From the human T2T-CHM13v2.0 reference genome, Homo sapiens, in the NCBI RefSeq assembly GCF_009914755.1, contig NC_060947.1: 64,000 nucleotides of DNA; one strand, 5' to 3'. Both the position numbers and the translations under genes were made by a program. Below, in pieces: positions 31,544 to 44,970 of this stretch. Below the pieces are notes generated by a model. That model saw only the letters and a program-made list of their open reading frames with translations. It was not told the DNA's origin and ran no database searches. Within the stretch, counting starts at the first letter, position 1. Each line of letters begins with the position of its first letter.

Positions 31544-33239
31544 ATCCCCTTCTTTAGCATCAATACACCTTATTCTTAAGGTGTTAGCTATACAGATAGA
31601 AAATGGGTGACAAAACACTCTGCCTTCTTATGCTGTCATGGGGGGCATAGTTAGAAGTGTCAGCCCAGGGAAATAGAAGTGAAACCACTGCTTTGCAGCT
31701 ATCTGCATGTACTCAGGGGTGTATTATAAAGACATTAATATTCTTACCCACAGTTCTAGTACAGCAGTCAAATGAAGAGTACACTATAGGTTATTAAAAA
31801 AGACAGATTGAGCAAATTCAAATACATTGCCTTGTATCTTTTTAGTCAGAGTCTTAGTCCTGGGACTAGATTAGTTTAACCAAACAGCTGTTTCCCATTA
31901 TCAGGAGGTGGCATTGCAGATGGGCTAGGCCTCTGTATGTCATGAAGGCAAACAGATTTTTTAATAAGACGCATATCTACAGAGACGAAGAAAAAGTTAA
32001 TGTTGGGCACAGTTTATCCAGATGTTAGACTCAAAGCATCTTTTTAGAGGATGTTTGTGGTGGCAATCTGACATGTTTTTCTCTCGCCTATATTGCAAAG
32101 AGTAAGTTTCAGCTTACCAGGCCTCAGAAAAGAGGTAGTAACACCTTCATTGTGTCCAAGTCAGAATAAGAAAGGAAAAAATTTAAAGCATCAGTTTGGG
32201 GACCTGTAGCCCAGAAAGAATTCAGAATCCACTCCACATTGCAGAAAATAACAAAAACTTATAAACAGTGGAGAAGACTAGAATCTAACAACAGGTGTAC
32301 TATAGTTTTTTTTTTTTCCTGAAACATAGTTTTTCTCTCTCCAGTCCCCATTTTACTAAGGAAAAATCATAGTAGGACACATTTACTTGTAATAAAAGCC
32401 TTAGTCTTAGTATACTTGGCCTGAGTTTCACTTGCGTCCATGTGAAGAGATCACCAAACAGGCTTTGTGTGAGCAACAAGGCTGTTTATTTCACCTGGGT
32501 GCAGGCAGGCTGAGTCCAAAAAGAGAGTCAGAGAAGGGAGATAGGGGTGGGGCCGTTTTGTAAGATTTAGGTAGGTAAAGGAAAACAGTCAAGGGGGGTT
32601 GTTCTCTGGTGGGCAGGAGTGGGGGTCACAAGTTGCTCAGTGGGGGAGCTTTTTGAGCCAGGATGAGCCAGCAGAAGGAATTTCACAAGATAATGCCATC
32701 AGTTAAGGCAGGAACTGGCCATTTTCACTTCTTTTGTGGTGGAATGTCATCAGTTAATGGAGGAACAGGCCTTTTTCATTTCTTTTGTGATTCTTCGTTA
32801 CTTCAGGCCATCTAGGCATATACATGCAGGTCACAGGGGATGTGATGGCTTAGCTTGGGCTCAGAGGCCTGACACTGAGTATTTGCATAAAGTCAGCAAG
32901 CGTAGTTATTTGGCATGGAATCTCCTTTTTAAAATTGGCTTTGCTGAAATTTTATTACATAAGAAATCTCAGAGTACACATTTTTAAAGCCTTGAAGTCC
33001 AGCCAATACCTACCTGGTTGCAATACCTGTATTAATTGGGTAAATTCCTCACTTCAAGGTCCCAAGATAATTTGGGTCATCCTGGGCCTGTCAGAAAGCG
33101 ACACTCTTTACTTACCACAGGTCAGAAACCCTGTACAGGGACTGTGTAGACAAGGTATGAAGTCAGTTTTCCCGAGGGGCTTTTAATGGCTCTATAAGTC
33201 AACTTTGATTCTTTAAAGCAATCTGAAAGTATGCTATTC
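31544..33239 (-). mobile_element. MER4-group internal sequence (non-coding), interrupted by LTR7
   Basis: Adjoins the PPT; motifs AGAATCTAACAACAGGTGTACTATAG and GGGCCTGTCAGAAAG typical of MER4I-type internals. Confidence 0.7.
32426..32874 (-). mobile_element. HERV-H solo LTR (LTR7/LTR7B-like)
   Basis: Minus strand starts TGTCAGGCCTCTGAGCCCAAGCTAAGCCATC and ends ...GGACGCAAGTGAAA; perfect 5-bp TSD CTGAG (32421-32425, 32875-32879). Confidence 0.95.
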
Positions 33240-33558
33240 TGTTATCAGCAGTGAATCTATATGGGTTTGCAGCAACCTCAATTTTTGCCTCCTCAGAAGA
33301 AGGAATTCAACTGAGGGGCATAAGGCAGAAGAAGAGACTGAGGCAAGTTTTAAAGCAGAAGTGAAAGTTTATTATAAAGATTTAGAGCAGGAATGAAAAG
33401 AAAGTAAAGTACATTTGGAAGAGGACCAAGTGGGCATCTTGAAGGTAGGCACCCTACTTGAAATTAGGCTTAGGGTTTTATATGCTGGCCTACTTCCAGC
33501 ATCTTACAACCCTTTTCTGGGGGGATGCCCCCGGAAGGCCATACACCAGTTAAACTAA
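33240..33558 (-). mobile_element. ERV1 LTR 3' portion (MER50/MER66-like), truncated
   Basis: Reverse complement of the same U5 as 28245-28545 (GCAGCAACCTCAATTTTTGCCTCCTCAGAAG). Confidence 0.7.
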
Positions 33559-33619
33559 ACTGCAGTCTGGCTCTCAGGAACTCCTACTCTTAGCGGAAGG
33601 GGATGAGCACCACATCGAG

Positions 33620-34700
33620 TATTGGGGGAACCACCCCCAATATTTCAATTTAAGTTCTTTTCTATTTCCCTGTCAGCCGGTCTGAGAAATAATGGGAAAG
33701 AGTACAAAAGAGAGAAATTTTAAAGCTGGGTGTCCGGGGGAGACATCACATGTTGGCAGGTTCTGTGATGCCCCCTGAGCCGCAAAACCAGCAAGTTTTT
33801 ATTAGTGATTTTTAAAGGGGAGGGAGTGTACGAATAGAATGTGGGTCACAGAGATCACATGCTTCCCAAGGCAATAAAATATCACAAGGCAAATGAGGGC
33901 AGAGCGAGAACACAAGACCAGAGCAAAATTAAAATTGCTAATGAAGTTTCATGTCCCACTGGGCACACATTGTCATTGATAACATCTTATCAGGAGACAG
34001 GATTTGAGAGCAGACAACCAATCTGACTAAAATTTACTAGGCAGGAATTTCCTCATCCTAATAGGCCTGGGAGCCCTACAGGAGACCAGGGCTTATTTGA
34101 TCCCTTATCTGCAACCGTATAAGACAGACACTCCCAGAGAGGCCATTGTAGAGACCTACCCCTGGGAATGCATTCTCTTTCTCAGGGCTGTTCCTTGCTG
34201 AGAAAAAGAATTCATTGATATTTCTCCTATTCGCTTTTGTAAGAAGAGAAATATGGCTCTGTTCCACCTGGCTCTCAGGCAGTCAGACCTAATGGTTATC
34301 TCCCTTGCTCCCTGAACATCGCTGTTATCCTGGTCTTTTTTCAAGGTGCCCAGATTTCATACTGTTTAAACACACATGCTTTACGAACAATTTGTGCAGT
34401 TAACGCAATCATCACAGGGTCCTGAGGCGACATACATCCTCAGCTTACGAAGATGATGGGATTAAGAGATTAAAGTAAAGACAGGCATAGGAAATCACAG
34501 GAGTATTGATTGAGGAAGTGATAAATGTCCATAAAAACTTCACAATTTATGTTCAGAGACTCCAGTAAATACAGGGGTAAGAAATTATAAATGTATTAAT
34601 TTGGAGAACTAATAAACGTCCATGAAATCTTCACAATTTATGTTCTTCTGCCATGGCTTCAGCCAATACCTCCGTTCGGGGTCCCTGACTTCCTGCAACA
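33620..34700 (-). mobile_element. MER11 (HERV-K11/HML-8) solo LTR inserted in the L1PB 5'UTR
   Basis: Minus strand starts TGTTGCAGGAAGTCAGGGACCCCGAACGGAGG; ~1.08 kb; degenerate 6-bp TSD ATCGAG/GTCAAG; L1 5'UTR continues across it. Confidence 0.93.
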
Positions 34701-35605
34701 GTCAAGGAAATATCCCATGGGACAAAGAAATCTGAATGGCAGGCCTTGAGTCCCAGTTCTGTCCTCTGGTGGGAAGTTTCTTTCAGCAGGGAGAGACAAT
34801 TGCAGTGCTGGGCTGAGCAGGGAAAGTCTGCAGCTCTATCCCAACAATCAGGCAGCCTTGGTGCTCATGAAGGGCATTGAAGAGGGGGACACCTTTATCT
34901 CCTTGTCCACCACTGCAGACATAGCTGGAGCTTTACCACAGGAGCTCAGCATGGGTGCACCTATTGACAGCCTTTCTGGAACACTTCTCTTTGGCTGCTT
35001 CCCCACAAGAAGGGCACCCCACAAATTCAGGCTTGCATGAGGGGCAGAGTCACAATTCTTCTTCACTTGGAACATTGATATTCCTTCAGATGAAAACAGG
35101 TGCCTGTCTGAATACTCGGAAATAAATAAATCTGGGAGGTGGATAGCTTTCATGCTAAACTGGCAGATGAGCTGAGGTGGCTCCCACCCTTTCCCCTGAT
35201 AATACCTTACTGCATCTAATTGAGAACTCCCTCAGCCACTTTCATCAAGGTTTGGACCTCTGGCTACCATTGTGTATTGCATTTACCCACCTGCTTTAGC
35301 TACAGCCAGTTCCTACTCAGGAACACATCCCTTACTGTTCTGAAGCCTGAAAAATCAACTCAATAAATAAAATACTGGGGAAAAATTAAATATATAAAGA
35401 AGTACATACCACAGGGAAATGAGATAATCTTCAAGAGACCTCTACCATTTCAGCCTCATAGGAGACAGTGAACTTTATCGCACACCTAGTACATTGTTAC
35501 AACATCTAGCATCTGAGGAAACCATTATACAAAGACTCTCTATAACCAAGAAATGCATACAGAGTCTTTACCCCTAAAAGCACCAATATCTAAATTAGGC
35601 TATAA

Positions 35606-35957
<352 letters not shown>

Positions 35958-38900
35958 TAAAGTAATATTCTTAAGGGAGAAAAAATAAAATTAAAAAAAA
36001 AAAGTCAAATCAAAAATAAGTTCAAGAACAATGAGAAGAAATAGTCTACCCAAATGAGAAGAAACCATAAAAGTAATTCTGGTAATATGACAAAACAGGG
36101 TTGTATAACATCCTGAAAAGATTATACTAGGTCCCCAGCACTGGATCTAAATCAAAATAAAATTTTGGAAATACAAGATAAATAATTCAGAAAGTTGATT
36201 ATTATGTTACTCATAGAGATATCAGAAAAAGATAAAAATCAACATAAATAAATTAAAAAATAATTCAGGATTTGAATGAAAAAATGTTCTAGAGAGAAAA
36301 ATATCATCAAGAAAAATATCAGAACTTCTGGAAATGAAATACACACATAAGGAATTATAAAATGCAATGGAAAGTTTTGATCATAGGCTAGAGCAAGTAA
36401 AAGAAAGAATTTCAGAGCTTGAAGATACAGATTTTGAATTAACCCAATCATACAAAGATAAAGAAGTAAAAATCCAAAGAAATAAAGTCTTATTAAATGA
36501 GATTATGTAAAATGATCAAACCTAAGAATAACTGGTATTCCTACATGAGAAGAGAAGGCTAAAAGCATGGAAGACTTCTTTGAGTAAATAATTGAGGAAA
36601 ACTTCCCTGGCTTTGCTAGAGATTTAGATATTCAAATACAAAAAGCTCAAAAAACTCCTGGGAAATTCATTGCAAAAAGATTTTCACCAAGGCACATAGT
36701 CATCACACTATCTAAATTCATGATGGAAAAAAACCTAAGGGCTATGAGACAGAAGCATCAGATAACTTATAAAGGAAAAGCTACCAGACTAGCAGCAGTT
36801 TTCTCAGCAGAAACTTTACAAGCTGGATGGGATTGGGATCCTATCTTTAGCCTCCTTAAAAAGAATAACTGTCAGCCAAGAATTCTATATCCAGTAAAAC
36901 TAAGTCTCATACATGAAGGAGAAATAAAGTCATTTTCAGAGAAACAAATGCTGAAGGAATATGCCAGTACCAAACCAGCACTACAAGAAATGTTAAAAGT
37001 AACTCTACATCTCAAAACCAAAGCTCGATATGCACCAAAATGAAACCTCTTGAAAGGATAAACTCACAGGGCCTATAAATCAATAACACAATTTAAAAAA
37101 CAGGGTATCTGTGTAACAATATGATGAAGAGAATAGTACCTCACTTCTCAATATTAGTGTTGAATGTAAATGGCCTAAATGCTCCACTAAACAAATACAG
37201 AAAGGCAGAATGGATAAAATATCACGAACCAAATATCAGCTGTCTGTAAGAGACTCACTTAACACCTAAGGATTCATATAAACTCAAAGTAAAGAGGGAG
37301 AAAGATATTGCACACAAATGGACACAAAAAATGAGCAGGAGTAGCTATTCTTATATCAAAAAAAGCAGACATTAAAGTAACAACAGTAAAAAAAAAAAAA
37401 AGATCATTATATAATGATAAAAGAATCAACCCAAGAAAAAATAGACTAATCCTAAATTTATATGCACCTAATACTGGAGCTCCATGATTTAGAAAACAAT
37501 TAGTACCAGACCTAAGAAATAAGATAGAAAGTAACACATTAATAGTGGGAGACTTAAATATTCCACTGACAGCCAGAGATAGATAATTGAGACAGAAAGT
37601 CAACAAGAAACAATGTACTTAAACTACAATTTAGACCAAATGGATTTAACAGCGGTTTACAATCTACCAAACAAATGCAGAATATACATTTATCTCATCA
37701 GCACATGAAACATTCTCGAAGATAGATCATATAATAGACTACAAAATAATTCTCAATATATTTAAGAAAATCAAAATTATATCAAGCATCTTCTCAACCA
37801 CAGTGGAATAAAATAATAAATCAACTCCAAAAGGAGCCCTTAAAACCATATAAATACATGGAAATTAAATAGTCTGTTCCTGAATAATTATTAGTTAACA
37901 ATGAAATCAAAATGAAAATTTAAAACTGTTTCAAATGAATGACAATAGTGACATAAGTGATAAAAACATCTGGGATACAGCTAAAGCAGTGCTAAGAGGA
38001 AAGTTTATAGCATTAAATGCCTACATCATAAAGTCTGAAAGAGAACAAATTGACACCCTAATATTACACTTCAAGCACTAGAGGAACAGGAACAAACTAA
38101 ACCCAAAGCCAGCAGAAGAAAAGAAATAAAGAATAACTACATAAAACTGAAAAAAAAATTGAAAAGATAAAGGAAACAAAACACCTATTCTTTGAAAGAT
38201 AAACAAAATTGATAGACCATTATGAGATTAGCCAAGAAAAGAGGAAAGAAGATCCAGATAAACTCAACTAGATATAAAACTGGAGACACTACAACCAATA
38301 CTACAGACATATAAAATATAATTAAACACTACTATGAACACCTTTATGTGCACAAACTAGAACAACTACAGGAAATGGATAAATTCCCTGGAAATATACA
38401 ACTCCCCTAGATTAAATCAAGAAGAAATAGAAAACATGAACAGACTGATAACAAGCAGCGAGAGAGAATCAGTAATAAAACAATTGCAAACAAAAAAGAA
38501 AAGCCCAGCAATAGATACATTCACAGCTTGATTCTCTAGACATTCAAAGAAAAATTTGTACCAGTCTTACTGAAAATACTCCAAATGATTGAGAAAAAGA
38601 AAATCCTCCCTAAATCATTGTATGAAGTCAATGTTACCCTAATTACAAAACCAGGAAAGGACACAACAAAGAAAGAAAACTACAGATCAATATCCCTTAT
38701 GAATATAGATGCCGAATCTTCAACAAAATACTAGCTAACATTCCAATAGCACATAAAAAAATATATCATGATTGGGGATGATTTACTACATGCAAGTAAA
38801 TAATGTGTTATATAGCATAAACAGAATTAAAAACAAAAACCATACGATTATCTCAACAGATGCAAAAAAGCACTCAATAAAATTCAGCCTCTTTTCATGA

Positions 38901-41092
38901 TAAAAACCCTCAAAAAACTAGGGATATAAGGGACTTACTTCAAAATAATACAAGCTATATATGACACACCTACAGCCAACATCATGCTGAATGGGGAAAA
39001 GTTGAAAGCATTTCCCCTGAGAAATGGAAGAAGACAAGGATGCCCACTTTCACCACTTATATTCAACATAGCACTGGAAATCCCCACCAGAACAATCAGC
39101 CGAGATCAAGAAATGAAGAGCATCCAAATTGGAAAAGAGGAAGTTAAACTATCACTGTTCACTGATGATATGATCATACACCTTGAAAACGCTAAAGATT
39201 CCTCCAAAAGACTCTTAGATGTGATCAATGAATTCAGTAAAGTCTCAGGTTACAAAATCAATGTACACAAATTAGTAGCACTGCTACACACCAAGAATGA
39301 CCAAGCTGAGAATTAAATAAAGAATTCAATCCCTTTTACAGCAGGTGCAAAAAATTAAATACCTAGAAATATACTTAACAATGTGATGAGGGATTTCTAC
39401 AAAGAAAACTACAAAACACTGCTAAGGAAAATTACCAATGACACAAACAAATGAAAACACATCTCATGCTCATGGATGGGAAGAATCAAATATTGTGAAA
39501 ATAACCATATGTTTCAAAGCAATCTACAGCTTCAGTGCAATTCCCATTAAAATACCATCATAATTTTTCTCAGAACTAGAATAGACAATCCTAAAATTCA
39601 CATGGAATCAGGAAAGAACCAGAATGGCCAAAGCAATAGTAATCAATAAGAACAAATCTGAAGGTATCACATTACCAGACTTCAAATTACACTGCAAGGC
39701 TATAGTTACAAAAAAAGCATGGTAATTCTACAAAAATAGGCACTTAGACCAATGGAACAGAACAGAGAACCCAGAAATAAAGTCAAATATGTACAGCCAA
39801 TTGATCTTTGACAAATCATATGATAGCATATATTGGGAATAGAACACCCTATTCAATAAATGCTGGTGGAAAAATTGGCAAGCTGCATGTAGAAGTATGA
39901 GGCTGGATCCCCATCTCTCACCTTATACAAAAATCACTAAAGATGGATCACAAACTTATATCTAAGACCTTAGGCCATAAAAATTCTAGAAAATAACATT
40001 GGAAAATCTCTTCTGGACATTGGCTTAGGCAAAGAATTTATGACTAAGACCCAAAAAGCAAATGGAACAAAAACAAAAATGAATAAAAGAGACCTAATTA
40101 AACTAAAACGTGTCTGCACAGCAAAAGAAATAATCAGCAGAGTAGACAGACAACCAACAGAATGAGAGAAAATATTTGCAAACCATGATTCTGATGAAAG
40201 ACTAGTATCCAGAATCTACACGGAACTCAAACAAATTGGCAAGAAAAAAAATAAAACAAATAATCCTATAAAGTGGGCAAATGACATGAATAAACATTTC
40301 TCAAAAGAAGATATACAAATGGCCAACAGACATATAACAAAATTCTCAACATTACTAATTATCAGGGAGATGCAAATTAAAATCACAGTGTGATACCACC
40401 TTACTTCAGCAAGAATGGCCATTATTAAAAAGTCAAGAAACAATAGATGTTGACATGGATGAGGTGAAAAGGGAGCACTTATACACTACTGGTGGAAATG
40501 TGAATTAGTACAACCTCTACGAAAAACAGTATGGAGATTCCTTAAAGAGTTAAAAGTAGATCTACTATTTGATCCAGCAATCCCACTGCTGGGTATCTAC
40601 CCAAAGGAAAAACAGTCATTATATGAAAGAGTCCCATGAACACATATGTTTGCAGTTCACAACTTCTAAGATGTGAAACCAACCTAAGTGCCTATTGACC
40701 AATGAGTGGATAAAAAAAAATGTGGTATATATACACTATGAAATACTACACAGTCATAAAAATAAATGAAATAATGTCTTTTTCAGCAACTTGAATGGAC
40801 CTGGAGGTCCTTATTCTAAGTGAAGTTATTCAGGAATAGAAAATCAAATACCGTATGTTTTCACCTATAAGTGGGAGCTAATGTGTGGGAACAGAAAGCC
40901 ATATAGAGTAATATAATGGGCTTTGGGGACTCTGGCAGGGGACAGGAGTGAGAAATAAAAGACTACTTATTAAGTACAGTGTACACTGCTCACATGATCG
41001 GCATACTAAAGTCTCAGAATTCACCACTACAGAATTCATTCATGTAACCAAAAACCACTGGTACCTTAAATATATTGAAATAAAAAGAAGAA

Positions 41093-41533
41093 AATGGTTT
41101 ATGTATATAAATAGGTTGCAGTTACTTTCTTCTGAAGTTCATGTTGTCTAGCTTCATTTTGCAGGGCTGTAAGAAAAAATGTCTTAAGTTTTAGTGATTT
41201 CAAATTAGGAAAAAAATGGGGGAAAGGGAAAATAAAGGAGGAGAAATATTGAAAACATTATTTTGGAGACTTGTAGCCAGGAAAAATTTTAGGATTTAGT
41301 CTAAATTGTGGAAAATAATAACCTGAGAAGCATTAGACAAGGCAAGAATCTAATAACAGGTGTACTATAGTTTATTTTGAAACAGTTTTTCTTTCTTCAA
41401 TTTCACTATTTTATTAAGGACAAAATCATAGTAGTACCAATTTATTTGTAAAATAATTTTAGTCTTATTTTACTTCACTTGATGATTTGTGTAAAGTGCA
41501 GCAAGGTTAATTATTTAATTATTTGCCATATAA

Positions 41534-41577
<44 letters not shown>

Positions 41578-41780
41578 TCAATTGGCTTTGCTGGAACCTT
41601 TTCCATAAGGCATCTAAGTTTAGACCTTTTTAAAAGCTTCAAGCCCAGCCAAAGATTTATCTGTGCCTGAAGACATCGGTATACACTGGGTGAATTTCTC
41701 TCTTTGTGAGGCCCCTAGGATATTTGGGGTTCCAGGGCCTGTCACAAAGTGAAACTATTTACAAACCAAAGGTCAGGACC
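41093..41780 (-). mobile_element. Second MER4-group internal fragment, with (TC)n at ~41538-41575
   Basis: Homologous to 32100-33130 (AGAATCTAATAACAGGTGTACTATAGTTTT; GGGCCTGTCACAAAG). Confidence 0.7.
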
Positions 41781-42145
41781 ATGTCCCTAGGGCAAATTTG
41801 CATCCTCCCTATAGCACAACAGCTGTTGTGATCTTGAAAATGTCACCTCCTGGTTGGAGGAAAACCAAAACAAAACCAGTGCACTAAACAAAAACACAAC
41901 CAAGGACCCTCACAGAGTCCACTTCATACCCCTGCTTCCTCCACCGGAGCAGGTGCTGGTATCCATGGCTGCAAGACCTGAAGATGGATCACATCACAGG
42001 ACTCTGCAGACACTCCCCAGTACCAGCCCGAAACCCAGTAGCTCCACTGGGTGGCTAGACCCAGAAGATCGAAAATTATCACTACAGTTCGGCACTCAGG
42101 AAGCCCCATTCCTAAAAGAAAAGAGAGAACAGCACATCAAGGGAG
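41781..42145 (+). mobile_element. L1PB/L1MA-type 5'UTR fragment
   Basis: CAACCAAGGACCCTCACAGAGTCCAC...CTCAGGAAGCCCCATTCCT...CACATCAAGGG. Confidence 0.75.
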
Positions 42146-42685
42146 CAGGCTCAGGGTCTACTCAGCAGACGTGATATCTGAGCCTGCCCCAGTGCTAGTC
42201 TGAGCCTGTTGGCCCGAGGCCCCAGACCAGCCTCAATGCCCGACTAATGCCCACAGCGCTGTCATCAGGCCAACAGCTGCAGACCCAGACTTTAGGTTGG
42301 CCCTTGCATATAGAGAGCTCAGATTAATCAAGCACCGAGACAGAACCTGAAGCCCCAGGCTGCAGGCCTGTTTTAGTGTTAGGTTGGCACAACTGGCCTC
42401 AAATACTAGATGGGCACCTGTGGATACAGGCATCGAGGAATTCTTCAAGCTCAAAGAAAAGGAAGCTAATTAGTAACACAAAAACATATGAGAGTATAAA
42501 TCTCTGGTAAAAGTAAGCAAACAGTCTAATTCAGAATATCCTAATAATGTAATGGTAGTGTTATCATATATAACAGTAGCATGAAGGTTAAAAGATTCAA
42601 ACCTATTAAATAATAATAGCTATCACAATGAGTTAAGGAATACAAAATATAAAAAGACATAAGTTGTGACATCAAAAATTTAAAA

Positions 42686-42763
42686 TATGTGTGGATGGTG
42701 GAGTAAAAGTGTAGAGTATTTTTATGTGTGGATGGTGGAGTAAAAGTGTAGAGTATTTTTATG
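42686..42763. repeat. Perfect 37-bp tandem duplication
   Basis: TATGTGTGGATGGTGGAGTAAAAGTGTAGAGTATTTT twice, followed by TATG. Confidence 0.95.
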
Positions 42764-43144
42764 CAACTAAAGGTAAGCTGTTATTAGCTTGAAACAGACT
42801 GCTATAAATATAATATTTTTTATATAAACCTCATGGTAATCACAAAATGAAACATGTAGTAAATTAACAAGAGGTAAAAATTAAGTTATCAAATCATAGT
42901 ACTAGAAATAATCAATCACAAAGGAAGACAGCAAGAGAGAAAAAAAGGAACAAATGATTTACAAAATAACTAGAAAAAAATTAATGAAATGGAAGGAGTA
43001 GGTCCTTACCCATAAATAATTACCCTGAATGTAAATGAATTAAATTCTCTAATCAAAAGATATAGAGAAGCTGAGTGAGTAAAAAAAAAGCAAGACTCAA
43101 CCATGTACTGCATACAAGAAACTCACTTCACCTGTAATTACACA

Positions 43145-43455
43145 TGTAGGGACATGGATGAAGCCAGAAACCATCATTCTCAGCAAACTATCGCAAAGAC
43201 AAAAAACCAAACACCACATGTTCTCACTCATAGGTGGGAATTGAACAATGAGAACACATGGACACAGGAAGGGGAACATCACACACCCGGGCCTGTTGTG
43301 GGGTGGGGGGAGGGGGGAGGGATAGCATTAGGAGATATACCTAATGTTAAATGACGAGTTACTGGGTGCAGCACACCAACATGGAACACGCATACATATG
43401 TAACTAACCTGCACATTGTGCACATGTACCCTAAAACTTAAAGTATAAAAAAAAA
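43145..43455 (+). mobile_element. Short 5'-truncated young L1PA (L1PA3/4-like) 3' end
   Basis: TGTAGGGACATGGATGAAG...GGATAGCATTAGGAGATATACC...CCCTAAAACTTAAAGTATAAAAAAAAA. Confidence 0.93.
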
Positions 43456-44133
43456 GTGAAGAGAAGAAAAAAGATAGTTCCATGCAAATGAAAGAAAGAG
43501 AACAGTGATAGCTATGCTTATATAAGATAAAATAAACTTTAAGTCAAAAACTGTAAAATCATACAAAAGGGTTATTATATAATTATGAGGAGACCAATTC
43601 ATCAAATAATATAACAATTATAAATATATATGCTCTCAAAATTTGAGCACATAAATACATAAAACAAATTTAAAAAGAAATGAAGCAAGAGATAAACTGT
43701 AAATCAATAATAGTACGGTATTTCCATACCCCACTTTCAGCAATGGACAGATTGTCCATACAGATCAATATGAAAACATCAGACTTAAATGACACTTTAG
43801 ATAAAATGAACTTACCAGACATATACAAAACACTCCATTCTACAGAAGCAGAATACACACTCTTCTCAACCACACATAGAACATTCTCTAAGATAGATTA
43901 TATGTTAGCTCACAAAACAAGTTTTAACAAATTTAAAATTTTGAAATAATATCAAGTATCTTTTCCAACCAAAATATTATGAAATTAGGAAATATTAACA
44001 AAATAAATTTTGGAAAAATTTATAAGTACATGGAAAATAAACAACATGCTCTCTAACAACCAATCAATAAAATGAGAAATTAAAAAGAAGAAATTTAAAA
44101 ATATCTTGAGACAAATATAAATAAAAACCCAAC

Positions 44134-44527
44134 TGCATTAATCTGCTTTGTGTTGCTACAAAGATATACTTGAGGCTGGGTAATTTATAAAGAAAAGAGG
44201 TTTGTTTGGCTCATGGTTCTACAGACTGTATAAGCATGGCACCAACATCTGCTTGGCTTCTAGTGAGGTCTCAGGAAGCTTTTTCTTATGGCAGATGGAA
44301 AAGGGGAACAAGGCATGCCACACGGTGAGACAGCAGGCAAGAGAGATGCTATGTTCTTTTAAACAACCAGCTCTCACATGAACAAACTCATTGCTACAGA
44401 CAGCACAAAGCCATTTATGAGAGACCTGCCCTCTTGGCACGAACACCTCCCACTAGGTCCCACATTCAACAGTGGGGATCACATTTCAACATGAACTTTG
44501 GAGGGGACAAACTTCCAAACTACATAA
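44134..44527 (-). mobile_element. MSTB-like MaLR solo LTR
   Basis: GAGGCTGGGTAATTTATAAAGAAAAGAGGTTT...GGAGGGGACAAACTTCCAAACTA. Confidence 0.85.
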
Positions 44528-44619
44528 ACAGTGTGCTAAAATGTATAATAAGGAGCAAGAGCAGTTCTAAAAGAAAAGATTATAGCAATTATTGTCTATG
44601 TAAATATAAGAAAAATCTT

Positions 44620-44970
44620 AAATAAACAAGTAATGATACACCTCAAGTTACTAGAAAAACAAAAGCAGACAAGTACAAACTTAGTATAAGGAAGGAAATA
44701 ATAAAGATCAGGAAAAAAATAAATAGAGACCAGAAAACCTATATAAAAGATCAACAAAACTAAGGATTATATCTTAAAAGATAAACAAACTCAAAATAAA
44801 CAATGTAATGATACACCTCAAGTTACTAGAAAAACAAAAGCAGACTAAGTCCAAAGTTAGTATAAGGAAGGAAATAATAAAGATCACGAAAAAAATAAAT
44901 AGAGACCAGAAAGCCTATATAAAAGATCAACAAAACTAAGGATTATATCTTAAAAGATAAACAAAATCAA
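44620..44970. repeat. ~175-bp tandem duplication within L1MA ORF2
   Basis: GATACACCTCAAGTTACTAG at 44635 and 44810; copies differ at only a handful of positions. Confidence 0.92.

Noticed and set aside
34470-34650. Tandem ~80-bp repeats
   Set aside because: Intrinsic to MER11 LTRs.
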